64,000 bases of DNA from Flavobacteriales bacterium (GTDB lineage Bacteria > Bacteroidota > Bacteroidia > Flavobacteriales_F > PHOS-HE28), in NCBI GenBank assembly GCA_044224725.1, contig JBGAJW010000021.1:6644-70643 (forward strand), written 5' to 3'. Shown here piece by piece: positions 45,978 to 54,606 of the stretch (positions within the stretch are counted from its first letter, which is position 1; every line of letters starts with the position of its first letter). The position numbers and the translations under genes are program-made. The notes beneath the pieces are model-generated. The model saw nothing but the letters and a program-made list of their open reading frames with translations, did no database searches and was not told the origin of the DNA.

Positions 45978-47696
45978 CTATCGGGTGAAAGACGTGCGCA
46001 AGGTGGAGGTGTTGCCTCGCTCGTCCCGTACGTCCACTACGAGCTCATGCTTGCCCGGCTTGCCGCTGTACTTGTCGAAGCGATGCGTGATCAGCTTCTT
46101 CTTCGGATCGTACTCGAAGAGGACCCACTCGCCGTCCAATTTGCCCACCCACTGGTCCACTCCGCTCAGATCGTCCGACACTTGGATCTTGATGCTGTCG
46201 CGGCCGGTCATCACGGGTTTCAAGTCCACCGCGACGACCTTGGGGGGGAGGGTATCGATCATCAAGGTATAGTCACCGAAGCTCTTCACCTTGGAACCGA
46301 CCCAGCCGTCCTGATAGGTGCCGCCGATAGGAGAGGGTTTGCCCTTGTCATCCAGTTTCACCAGCAGCAATTTGTCCGTGTGGCCATTGGCTTGGGTGAT
46401 GTCCGCTTTCAGGGAGAGTTGTCCGGCCAGGTTCAACGGCGTGAGCGGATCATGCAAGTTGGCGACAGGAGCGAAAGGACTTGTGCCTTTCGACGTTCCG
46501 CAGCTGATCCGCTCGTTCGCATAGAGCGCGTTCGGCGGTAGGGCGAAGCTCGCGGTCGCGGTGGTCAATGTGTTCTCGCGGTCGTAGACGAAGAGTTGTC
46601 CTCCCGCATTCGGCACCTTCCAGTTGGCAGCCTCCGTCGCATCGGCCCCATGCAGGGTGAAGGGGAGCACGGCGCGGTTGCCGTTCGCGTCCACGGCTTC
46701 CACCAGCACCTTGAGGTTGTCGCCCGTGCGCACCTGGATGCGGCCTTCGGCCGATTCCTTGCCATAGAGCTTGAGCTTGTTGTTCGGCAGCTTGTAGCAG
46801 CGGTTGTAGTTCATGTCACTGCCCTTGAACAAGGCATAGTCCATGTACGCATCGGCATACCGCTGGAGACCGAAGTCGATCTCGTCCAGGTGCACGCTGA
46901 ATACCGTTGTTCCGTCCACGCTCACCTTCAGTGAACGGATGCCGCAGGTGCTCCAACTGTTGCTGTAGCGGTCGATCACGTTCACCGAGACACCCACCGT
47001 GCCCAACGCGGTGGGTGTGAGGTCGCCCTTCACGGCGTACGCGCCATCCTTGCCGGAGAGCACCAGGCCGCGCGCTTTGCCGGGGTAGGGCTGCACGCGG
47101 GCGTTGCTGTCCAGCGGATCGATCCGCAGCCCGATGAACACAGGCGCACTGCTGTCTGGTACCTCCATGCCGAAGCGCTCGGGGTCCAAGGCGTGCTGGT
47201 CGCCGGTGCGCCGCACCTCGAAGTGGAGGTGGGGGCCGCTGCTGCCTCCCGTATTGCCGCTGTTCGCTACCAGCTGTCCTTTCTTCACCGGCAGTTCACC
47301 CTTCTCGAACTCAAGGTCCACATCGAACTCCCGGGCTTTGTACTGGCGATCGAGCACGGCGTCGGCGATGGCTCCCGTGAAATTGCGCAAGTGGCCATAG
47401 ACCGTGGTGTAGCCGTTCGGATGGTCGATGTAGAGCGCCTTGCCGTAGCCCCATGGGCTGATCTTCACGCGGCTCACCCAACCGTCCTCCGCCGCCTTCA
47501 CATCCAGACCTTCCCGGCCATCGGTGCGCATGTCCAGTCCGCTGTGGAAGTGGCTCGTCCGGAGCTCCATGAAATTCCCGGCAAGCGATATCGGGATGTC
47601 CAGCGGTGGCGCGAACCGGGGTTCCTGACCGCCCGACTGAGCGATCGACATCCGACCCATCAACAAGCTGAAGATCAATAAGCTGTTCTTCTTCAT
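45978..47696 (-). CDS. M23 family (LytM-type) metallopeptidase with large C-terminal extension
   Basis: Start MKKNSLLIFSLLMGRMSIAQ (CAT 47694-47696). HFHSGLD ... IDHPNGYTTVYGHL ... GNTGGSSGPHLHFEV. Confidence 0.88.
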   Translation of the reverse strand: MKKNSLLIFSLLMGRMSIAQSGGQEPRFAPPLDIPISLAGNFMELRTSHFHSGLDMRTDGREGLDVKAAEDGWVSRVKISPWGYGKALYIDHPNGYTTVYGHLRNFTGAIADAVLDRQYKAREFDVDLEFEKGELPVKKGQLVANSGNTGGSSGPHLHFEVRRTGDQHALDPERFGMEVPDSSAPVFIGLRIDPLDSNARVQPYPGKARGLVLSGKDGAYAVKGDLTPTALGTVGVSVNVIDRYSNSWSTCGIRSLKVSVDGTTVFSVHLDEIDFGLQRYADAYMDYALFKGSDMNYNRCYKLPNNKLKLYGKESAEGRIQVRTGDNLKVLVEAVDANGNRAVLPFTLHGADATEAANWKVPNAGGQLFVYDRENTLTTATASFALPPNALYANERISCGTSKGTSPFAPVANLHDPLTPLNLAGQLSLKADITQANGHTDKLLLVKLDDKGKPSPIGGTYQDGWVGSKVKSFGDYTLMIDTLPPKVVAVDLKPVMTGRDSIKIQVSDDLSGVDQWVGKLDGEWVLFEYDPKKKLITHRFDKYSGKPGKHELVVDVRDERGNTSTLRTSFTR

Positions 47697-47851
47697 TTCC
47701 ACCCTTGCTCGCGTTGATCCAACGATCCGCACGGCCTGCCCGCGCCTACTGCAAACCAAGGTCCGACCTTCGCTTCCCCATGCTGGGCGCGGGGGCAACC
47801 GTCAACAGCGGGTCGTTCATACTCCGGAGACCTGTCGTTCACCCCTGATCC

Positions 47852-47859
47852 TATCTTTG
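47852..47859 (+). promoter_or_regulatory. Candidate Bacteroidota -7 promoter element TATCTTTG
   Basis: Exact match to TAnnTTTG, 38 nt upstream of the GTG start at 47897. No TSS data. Confidence 0.3.
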
Positions 47860-47896
47860 GAGCGGACCCTGAGAACGGTCTTTTGTATCCAGAACC

Positions 47897-48199
47897 GTGA
47901 GCGACCTAGCCATCCGACTTCGCCAAGTGCATGCGCGCGTGGAGGGCCTGCTCAAGGACCGTGACCGGCACGCTGCCCGGCATCTCTCCTTGGAAGAGGA
48001 ACTGCGTGAGCTGAAGCGCAGCAATGAGGTGCTCCAAGCGCGCTTGACGGAACTGGAGCAGGAGAACGAGGTCCTCCGTGCGGTGAAGGCGTCAACTCCG
48101 GAGAGGTCCGGAGCCGCCAGCGACCGTTCGGGATCGAAGGAACGGATCGATGAACTGGTGATCGAGATCGATCGCTGCCTGGCCCTTTTACAGAACTGA
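47897..48199 (+). CDS. Coiled-coil protein upstream of zapA (ZapB-like role possible)
   Basis: GTG start. 100 aa of heptad-rich sequence (LEEELRELKRSNEVLQARLTELEQENEVLR). Lies 17 nt upstream of zapA. Confidence 0.6.
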   Translation: MSDLAIRLRQVHARVEGLLKDRDRHAARHLSLEEELRELKRSNEVLQARLTELEQENEVLRAVKASTPERSGAASDRSGSKERIDELVIEIDRCLALLQN

Positions 48200-48216
48200 C
48201 CAGAGCGACCTCCACC

Positions 48217-48498
48217 ATGAGCGAATCATCGATCAGGATCGAACTGGCCGGGCGGGCCTATCCTCTTACGGTGCATCCGGACGAGGAAGCCAATATCCGC
48301 AAGGCCGCTACCGAGATCAACGAGAGCATCGCCCGCTTGAAGGCATCCTACCCGATGACCGACAAGCAGGACCTGTTGGCCATGGCCGCGCTGGAAGTCA
48401 CCACCCGCGCGCTCAACCAGGCCACCGCACAAGCCCACGCCGAAGACAACGCGGCCGTGGAAGACCTTGAGCGATTGCTCTCCGAGATCCGCGGCTGA
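48217..48498 (+). CDS. zapA: Cell division protein ZapA
   Basis: 93 aa. [33 protein letters not shown]...LLAMAALEV matches the ZapA pattern. Conserved zapA-rny neighbourhood. Confidence 0.85.
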   Translation: MSESSIRIELAGRAYPLTVHPDEEANIRKAATEINESIARLKASYPMTDKQDLLAMAALEVTTRALNQATAQAHAEDNAAVEDLERLLSEIRG

Positions 48499-48614
48499 TC
48501 CGCCTTCGCTCCCCGGAGCACCCGGGGTCCACGAAAACAAACGTGGACCAGCCCCTTTGCGTTCCTGCGCGATGGAGGCCCCGCAAAAAAACACACGCTT
48601 CGGCGTACGAAGAC

Positions 48615-50156
48615 ATGGACATCGTAGCAGCATTGATCGGGGCGCTCGTCGGCCTCGCGGCAGGGGGCGGCATCGTCTACCTCCTCCTGAACAGCCTCAT
48701 GACCAAACGGCGTGACGGCATCTTGAAAGAGGCGGAAGCCGAGGGCGAAGCCCTGAAGAAGCAGAAGCTCGCGGAAGCCAAAGAGAAGTTCCTCCAGCTC
48801 CGTGAAGAGCATGAGAACGAGGCCCGTGAAAAGGAGAAGCGCGCCAACCAGACCTTGGAGAAGAGCAAGCAGCGCGAGCAGCAGCTCAGCCGCCAGCAGC
48901 AGGACATCGCCAACAAGGAGAAGCAGCTCGACAGCCTGAAGAACGACCTGACCCAGCGCCTCCAAGGGCTGGAGCGCAGGCAGGAGGACATGGAGAAGAA
49001 CCACTCCAAACAAGTGCAGCTTCTGGAGAAGATCAGCGGCCTGAACGCCGAGGAGGCGAAGAAGCAGTTGATGGACAGCCTGCGCGATGAGGCCCGCACC
49101 GGAGCCATGGCGCACATCAAGGAAGTGACGGAAGAGGCGAAGCTCACGGCCAACAAGGAGGCCAAGCGCATCATCATCCAGACCATCCAGCGCACGGCCA
49201 CCGAACACGCCGTGGAGAACGCAGTGAGCGTGTTCCAGATCGAGAACGATGACGTGAAAGGCCGCATCATCGGCCGCGAGGGACGGAACATCCGCACCTT
49301 GGAAGAAGCCACGGGCGTGGAGATCGTCGTGGACGATACCCCGGGAGCGATCATCCTTAGTTGCTTCGATCCCGTGCGCCGTGAAATGGCCCGCTTGGCC
49401 CTGCACCAGCTCGTGAAGGATGGACGCATCCACCCGGGCCGTATCGAGGAGATCGTCGCGAAGACCAAGAAGCACCTCGAGGAGGAGATCGTCGAGATCG
49501 GCAAACGCACCTGCATCGACCTGGGCGTGCATGGCTTGCATGCTGAACTGATCCGCATGGTGGGCCGCATGCGCTACCGCAGCAGCTACGGCCAGAACCT
49601 CCTCCAGCACAGCCGCGAGGTGGCCAACTTGGCCGCTACCATGGCCGCTGAACTGGGCCTGAACGTGAAGGCCGCCAAGCGCGCGGGCCTGCTGCACGAC
49701 ATCGGCAAGGTGCCCGACGAGGCCCCCGAGCTGCCGCATGCCATTCTGGGCATGCAGATCGCGGAGAAGTACGGCGAGAAACCCGACGTGCTCAACGCCA
49801 TCGGGGCCCACCACGACGAGATCGAGATGACCGGGCTGTTGAGCCCCATCGTTCAAGCGTGCGATGCCATCAGCGGTGCCCGCCCGGGTGCCCGCCGCGA
49901 GGCCATGGAGCAGTACATCAAGCGCCTGAAGGACCTCGAAAGCTTGGCCATGAGCTACCAAGGTGTGCAGAAGGCCTATGCTATCCAAGCTGGCCGCGAG
50001 CTGCGTGTGATGGTGGAAAGCGAGCGTGTTACCGATGAGCAGGCCGATACCATCAGCATGAGCCTCGCCGAGCGCATCCAGAACGAAATGACCTACCCGG
50101 GTCAGGTGAAGATCACCGTGATCCGTGAGCGCCGCTCCACGGCGGTAGCCAAGTAA
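48615..50156 (+). CDS. rny: Ribonuclease Y
   Basis: Start [25 protein letters not shown] (TM anchor, ATG 48615). Lys/Glu coiled coil. KH domain ([15 protein letters not shown]). HD domain (LLHDIGK). Confidence 0.95.
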   Translation: MDIVAALIGALVGLAAGGGIVYLLLNSLMTKRRDGILKEAEAEGEALKKQKLAEAKEKFLQLREEHENEAREKEKRANQTLEKSKQREQQLSRQQQDIANKEKQLDSLKNDLTQRLQGLERRQEDMEKNHSKQVQLLEKISGLNAEEAKKQLMDSLRDEARTGAMAHIKEVTEEAKLTANKEAKRIIIQTIQRTATEHAVENAVSVFQIENDDVKGRIIGREGRNIRTLEEATGVEIVVDDTPGAIILSCFDPVRREMARLALHQLVKDGRIHPGRIEEIVAKTKKHLEEEIVEIGKRTCIDLGVHGLHAELIRMVGRMRYRSSYGQNLLQHSREVANLAATMAAELGLNVKAAKRAGLLHDIGKVPDEAPELPHAILGMQIAEKYGEKPDVLNAIGAHHDEIEMTGLLSPIVQACDAISGARPGARREAMEQYIKRLKDLESLAMSYQGVQKAYAIQAGRELRVMVESERVTDEQADTISMSLAERIQNEMTYPGQVKITVIRERRSTAVAK

Positions 50157-50171
50157 CTCCCACAGGGGAAG

Positions 50172-50205
50172 ACAGGGGCGGCATCATGCCGCCCCTGTGC
50201 TTTTA
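50172..50205 (+). terminator. Rho-independent terminator after rny
   Basis: ACAGGGGCGGC (50172-50182), loop ATCAT, GCCGCCCCTGT (50188-50198), then GCTTTTA. Confidence 0.65.
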
Positions 50206-50211
50206 CGGCAC

Positions 50212-50219
50212 TACATTTC
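50212..50219 (+). promoter_or_regulatory. TAnnTTTG-like -7 box (TACATTTC) immediately upstream of dltC
   Basis: One mismatch to the consensus. Ends 5 nt before ATG 50225, which would imply a leaderless or near-leaderless transcript. Confidence 0.2.
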
Positions 50220-50224
50220 ACCCG

Positions 50225-50464
50225 ATGACCGACACCGAGATCAAGGACCTCATCAAGCAGGAGATCGCCAATGTGGCCTTTGCTACCGTGGACGATCAGG
50301 ATGCACTGCTGGAACAGAACATCTTGGACAGTGTGGGCGCGGTGGACCTTGCCGTGGCCTTGGAAGGCGTCTTCGGGATCAGCATCCCCTTCGTGGACAT
50401 CAACAAGCAGCAGTTCCACAGCGTGGAGACGCTTGCGGCTTACGTCCGCCTGAAGAAGGCATGA
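50225..50464 (+). CDS. dltC: D-alanyl carrier protein-like acyl carrier protein
   Basis: Start MTDTEIKDLIKQEIANV (ATG 50225). Phosphopantetheine-attachment context NILDSVGAVDLAVALE. 79 aa. Confidence 0.8.
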   Translation: MTDTEIKDLIKQEIANVAFATVDDQDALLEQNILDSVGAVDLAVALEGVFGISIPFVDINKQQFHSVETLAAYVRLKKA

Positions 50465-51657
50465 ACGCCCCGGCCCATAGCGGCTGGGTGAACCACGGGC
50501 TGGCGGTCACGCTCGCCATGGCAGGTGCATGGTGGATCGATTCGCGCGTGGAGGTCTACGATGCCGGGCTGGTCCGGGTACCCGAACGGAAGAGCATCGA
50601 ATACCCCCTGCACGGGTACATCGATAACTACCAGCATGAACCCTACCTCGCCGCCGCGCTGGGCAAGACCTTGACCGATGGGTCGAGCATCGTGCTCATG
50701 GGGTCTTCGGAACTCACCACGGCCGATCATCCGGCCAAGCCGGTGAACTTCTTCAACAACGAGCTGCATGTTCCGCTGTTGGCTCTTGGCCACGCGGGCA
50801 ATCAGAGCTTCAGCATGCATGCGCAGCTTATCGCGGCCGGTGCCGATCTGGCCGATGCGCGGCTCGCGATCCTCGTGTCGCCCAGCTGGTTCGTGGACAA
50901 GTCCGGTCTGACCGGCACGGAGCTCGCGGCCTTCCTGGAGTATCAGCCTTCACCCTCGCTTTACCGCATCCAGCAGCGCATCGAAGCCGGAGATCCGGTA
51001 ACCGCCCCGGTCGGCAGCTTCATGGCGGAACATGAGCATGAATTGGGATCGGCCCAGCCCATCGTGCAATGGATCACGCGGGATGCTTCCCCCATGGGCA
51101 GGTACCTCTATGGCTTCAGTCAACCGTGGAACGCGGCGATCATACACCACACCCGGCCGCAAATGCTCGCGGAAACGCCCCTTCGTGCTTGGAGCCCCGG
51201 ACCGCGCGCCGCACTATCCCCGGCGGAATGGGGGCCGCTTTTCGAAAAGGGTGTGGCTGAACACCTGGCCCAATGCACCAACAACAAGGTCTTCGTCTAC
51301 GACGCTTACTACTCCGAGCACGTCAATGGTCGCACCCGCATGCTCGATGTATGGCCTGTCGAGGAGAATCGCGAGATGCATGATTTCATCGCCTTATTGG
51401 ACTTCTTGCAGAACGTTCATGCGAAACCCTATTTCGTCCTGCAACCGCTGAACCCATACGTGTACACGAACCTCGCGGACGTGGACCCGACGATCGACCG
51501 CATACGGAAAGAATTGGATGTGCGCGACTTCAGCTACCTGGATCTTTGGGTGAACGATACTGCGGAGTTCCGACCGGGCACGCTAACGGACGTCATGCAC
51601 CTCGGTCCTTTGGGCTGGTACCGGATCGACAGTGCCATGGCCACCTACTTCCCATGA
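50461..51657 (+). CDS. dltD: DltD-like membrane-anchored acyl-transfer protein
   Basis: ATGA overlap with dltC. N-terminal anchor LAVTLAMAGAWWI. IVLMGSSELT (GSSE active-site-like motif). ...TDVMHLGPLGWYRID near the C-terminus. Confidence 0.78.
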   Translation: MNAPAHSGWVNHGLAVTLAMAGAWWIDSRVEVYDAGLVRVPERKSIEYPLHGYIDNYQHEPYLAAALGKTLTDGSSIVLMGSSELTTADHPAKPVNFFNNELHVPLLALGHAGNQSFSMHAQLIAAGADLADARLAILVSPSWFVDKSGLTGTELAAFLEYQPSPSLYRIQQRIEAGDPVTAPVGSFMAEHEHELGSAQPIVQWITRDASPMGRYLYGFSQPWNAAIIHHTRPQMLAETPLRAWSPGPRAALSPAEWGPLFEKGVAEHLAQCTNNKVFVYDAYYSEHVNGRTRMLDVWPVEENREMHDFIALLDFLQNVHAKPYFVLQPLNPYVYTNLADVDPTIDRIRKELDVRDFSYLDLWVNDTAEFRPGTLTDVMHLGPLGWYRIDSAMATYFP

Positions 51658-51803
51658 GAACGGACACCCGCTTTTTCCGCATCGCCAAGTGGACCGTGAT
51701 CTACGTCGCGCTCGCGTTGGGTATGCTCTGGCTGCACGACCCGCGGGTGGTGGGCATGGACGCCGCCGCCAGCACCGTCAAGTTCGTTTACCAGCAGTTC
51801 TGA
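51654..51803 (+). CDS. dltX: DltX-like 49-aa membrane peptide
   Basis: ATGA overlap with dltD. MRTDTRFFRIAKWTVIYVALALGMLWLHDPRVVGMDAAASTVKFVYQQF has one TM segment and a C-terminal FVYQQF resembling the Firmicute DltX FIYNEF end motif. Confidence 0.6.
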   Translation: MRTDTRFFRIAKWTVIYVALALGMLWLHDPRVVGMDAAASTVKFVYQQF

Positions 51804-51938
51804 GGAATGGGACCACAGGGACACAGGGGCACAGAGGACGCAGAGGGGGATCCGTTGCTCGCTGCCCATGTTGTTGCCATCCCCGTGCATGCTATGTCTT
51901 TGTACCACTGTGGTATGCATCCCTGCATCCGCTGATCC

Positions 51939-53078
51939 ATGCTGCCCTTCGCGAATATCGATTTCTATCTGCTGTTCGCGCTGCTCGTGGCCTTGCTCTA
52001 CGCGCTGAAAGGCCTGTTGAGCGGCCGCGTGCCGCTGGTGTCCGTCCTCGTCGGCATCAGCTTGTTCTATGCCGTGGCCTATTTCCCGAAGCCGTGGCAA
52101 CTGTTGCTGTTCACGGTGTACCAATGCGTGTTCACGTGGTTGCTGCTGTTCCGGTGGAAGCGGGCGAACAAACTGCTCGGCAGCCTCCTGCTCGCATTGC
52201 CCATGGTGCTGGTGAAGCTCGACTGGAATGTGGACATCATCGGTTTTGCGGGCATCAGCTACATCACCTTCCGCTGCGTCCAGGTCTACCTCGATGGGGA
52301 CCTGCTCCGCGACAAATTCCGCTTCGCGGACTTCATCGCTTTCCTGCTCTTCACGCCCAGCTTGCTCGCGGGGCCCATCGACCGGTACGAGCGGTTCAAG
52401 AGCGATCTGGACCAGGGCTGGTCGCGGTTGAACGCCTCCGCCTTGCTCGCCGGTTGGGAGCTCATCGCCTTGGGCCTGTTGCACAAGTTCGTGCTGGGGG
52501 AGCTTGTGGACCGCCATTGGCTTTCAGAATGCGACGGTTGTACGGATGCTTGGCCCATGATGAAGGACATGTACGGCTACACCGCCTACCTGTATTTCGA
52601 TTTCGCCGGGTACTCCTTGCTCGCCATCGGTCTCGGGCGCATGATGGGCATCGAACTGCCGAAGAACTTCGATCGTCCTTGGTTGACCGAGAACCCTCCT
52701 GAGTTCTGGAAGCGCTGGCATATCAGCCTCGGCGATTGGCTGCGCGATTACTTCTTCCGACCCATCTACAAGAGCCTGAGCGGTGTGCAGCGCTTGCGGA
52801 CCTGGCCCCTGTTGAAGCAGAACATCGCGCTCTTCAGCACCTTTCTGCTCATGGGTTGCTGGAACGGGCTGGAAGCGCATTACATCGCGAGTGGCGCCCT
52901 TTTCGGCCTGTACAGCGTGGGCTACAACAGCTACCAGCACCAGAGCCGCAAGCACAAGTGGAACTTCTGGGGCAGCACGCCCGCTTGGCTCGTGAAAGGA
53001 CTCTCCATCTTCGTGATGGTGCATTTGGCTTGCTTCGCCTTGTACATCTTCAGCGGACGGTTCCCATACTTGCACTGA
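51939..53078 (+). CDS. dltB: MBOAT family acyltransferase DltB
   Basis: 379 aa, polytopic. GISYITFR, AGPIDRYERF, DFAGYS, FWKRWHISLGDWLRDYFF (conserved MBOAT His). Confidence 0.88.
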   Translation: MLPFANIDFYLLFALLVALLYALKGLLSGRVPLVSVLVGISLFYAVAYFPKPWQLLLFTVYQCVFTWLLLFRWKRANKLLGSLLLALPMVLVKLDWNVDIIGFAGISYITFRCVQVYLDGDLLRDKFRFADFIAFLLFTPSLLAGPIDRYERFKSDLDQGWSRLNASALLAGWELIALGLLHKFVLGELVDRHWLSECDGCTDAWPMMKDMYGYTAYLYFDFAGYSLLAIGLGRMMGIELPKNFDRPWLTENPPEFWKRWHISLGDWLRDYFFRPIYKSLSGVQRLRTWPLLKQNIALFSTFLLMGCWNGLEAHYIASGALFGLYSVGYNSYQHQSRKHKWNFWGSTPAWLVKGLSIFVMVHLACFALYIFSGRFPYLH

Positions 53079-54589
53079 TGCGATTCGACATCGTTGGCGC
53101 GCGTTTCGAGGATGCGGATACCGCACCGGACAAACTGGCCGTGGCCGGGAGTGACCGCGACCTGTCCTGGGCAGCACTGCGCGAAGAGGTGCTGGCGCTG
53201 ACCGAACGCATCATCAAGGTGGGGTTGCCGAAAGGCCATCCCGTGATCGTCCGCGGACACAAGGAGGCGGACATGGTCGTGAGCATGATGGCTTGCATGC
53301 TGCTGGATCACCCTTACATCCCGCTGGACCTGGTGGTGCCGGAAGAACGGGTGCGCAGGATCCTCTCCATCACCGGTGCGCAGTTGGTGCTCGACTGCTC
53401 GGAACAACCGTTCACCAGCGACGTGTCGTTGATCGCACCGGGTGGGAAGGACCTGATCGTCAAGGCGGATCCGGCCAAGGGCATCCCGTACCGCGCGCAT
53501 GATCCGATCCGCTACATCATTTTCACCAGTGGAAGCACGGGCGAGCCCAAAGGCGTGCGCATCACGCGCGAAGCCGCCGGTGCCTTCCTCCGTTGGATGA
53601 GCGCGGACTTCGGTTTCACTGCCACCGATGTCTTCATCAACCAAGCGCCGTTCAGCTTCGACCTGAGCGTGTATGAACTGTTCACCAGTTCGCACATCGG
53701 TGGTACGTTGCTGCTGAACGATGCTGAGACAGCCAAGGACTCGAAGCGCTTTCTCGATCGCGTTGCACGTTACCGGGGAAGCGTGTGGGTGAGCACCCCC
53801 ACCTTCGCCTACCTCTATCTCACCGAGCCCGCTTTCACCGGAGAGCACGTGCCGTCGGTGCATTCGTTCCTGTTCTGCGGCGAAGCCCTGCCGAAGATGA
53901 CCGCCCAACGCCTGCTCGACCGTTTCCCCTCTTCGCGTGTGCTGAACACTTATGGTCCCACGGAGGCCACAGTGGCCACTTCGCTGGTCGATGTGACGCG
54001 CGAGGCGCTCGCGAAATACCCGGACATGCCGGTAGGTTACCCGAAGCGTGAATGCACACTGCGTTGCACAACGCCCGACGGTGCCGACGCCACGAAGGAA
54101 GCACCCGGAGAGATCGAGATCATTGGACCGCACGTGAGCATCGGCTACCTGAACAACGACGAACTGAATGCTGAGAAGTTCTTCGAGGTGGATGGCCAGC
54201 GAGCGTTCCGCACGGGCGACTATGGCTGGTTCCAGGACGGCATCCTTTTCTTCAATGGCCGCCGCGATGAGCAGGTGAAGTTGAACGGCTTCCGCATCGA
54301 GCTCGGGGACATCACCGCACAAATGCTCGTAGTGCCGGGCGTGGCCGACGCCATCGCTGTGCCTTTGAAAGCCGGGGAGACGGTGAAACGCATCATCGGC
54401 TTTGTACGGCCCGGGCCGGGAGCGGATATGGCAATGCTGCGCCCCATGATCGAGGCGCGTCTTCGCAAGGAGCTTCCCGCGTACATGGTCCCTGCGGATA
54501 TCTCCTTCGTTAGCGCTTTCCCTGTGAACAGCAGTCACAAGACGGACAGAAAGGCGTTGATAGAAGGCTACATGAACCGCAAGCGCTGA
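53078..54589 (+). CDS. dltA: D-alanine--carrier protein ligase-like adenylating enzyme DltA
   Basis: The ATG shares one nt with the dltB stop (TGATG). IIFTSGSTGEPKGV, NTYGPTEATV, FRTGDYG, GRRDEQVKLNGFRIELGDI. About 503 aa, the stand-alone A-domain size typical of DltA. Confidence 0.88.
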   Translation: MRFDIVGARFEDADTAPDKLAVAGSDRDLSWAALREEVLALTERIIKVGLPKGHPVIVRGHKEADMVVSMMACMLLDHPYIPLDLVVPEERVRRILSITGAQLVLDCSEQPFTSDVSLIAPGGKDLIVKADPAKGIPYRAHDPIRYIIFTSGSTGEPKGVRITREAAGAFLRWMSADFGFTATDVFINQAPFSFDLSVYELFTSSHIGGTLLLNDAETAKDSKRFLDRVARYRGSVWVSTPTFAYLYLTEPAFTGEHVPSVHSFLFCGEALPKMTAQRLLDRFPSSRVLNTYGPTEATVATSLVDVTREALAKYPDMPVGYPKRECTLRCTTPDGADATKEAPGEIEIIGPHVSIGYLNNDELNAEKFFEVDGQRAFRTGDYGWFQDGILFFNGRRDEQVKLNGFRIELGDITAQMLVVPGVADAIAVPLKAGETVKRIIGFVRPGPGADMAMLRPMIEARLRKELPAYMVPADISFVSAFPVNSSHKTDRKALIEGYMNRKR

Positions 54590-54606
54590 TCCTACATTCG
54601 CCGCGC

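Noticed and set aside
48499-48614. 6S RNA downstream of zapA, as in enterobacteria
   Set aside because: The gap is only about 117 nt, too short for a 6S RNA. It contains just two small hairpins, which are more consistent with a zapA terminator or the rny leader.
48348-49988. 546-aa and 297-aa minus-strand ORFs
   Set aside because: They are antisense to rny (KH and HD domains on the + strand) and are shadow ORFs.
51814-51849. CRISPR-like or G-quadruplex repeat
   Set aside because: The units are only about 8 nt, directly tandem and without spacers. Only three G-runs have three or more Gs, so there is no canonical four-tract quadruplex.
52931-54538. 535-aa minus-strand ORF
   Set aside because: It is antisense to dltA, whose adenylation motifs are unambiguous.
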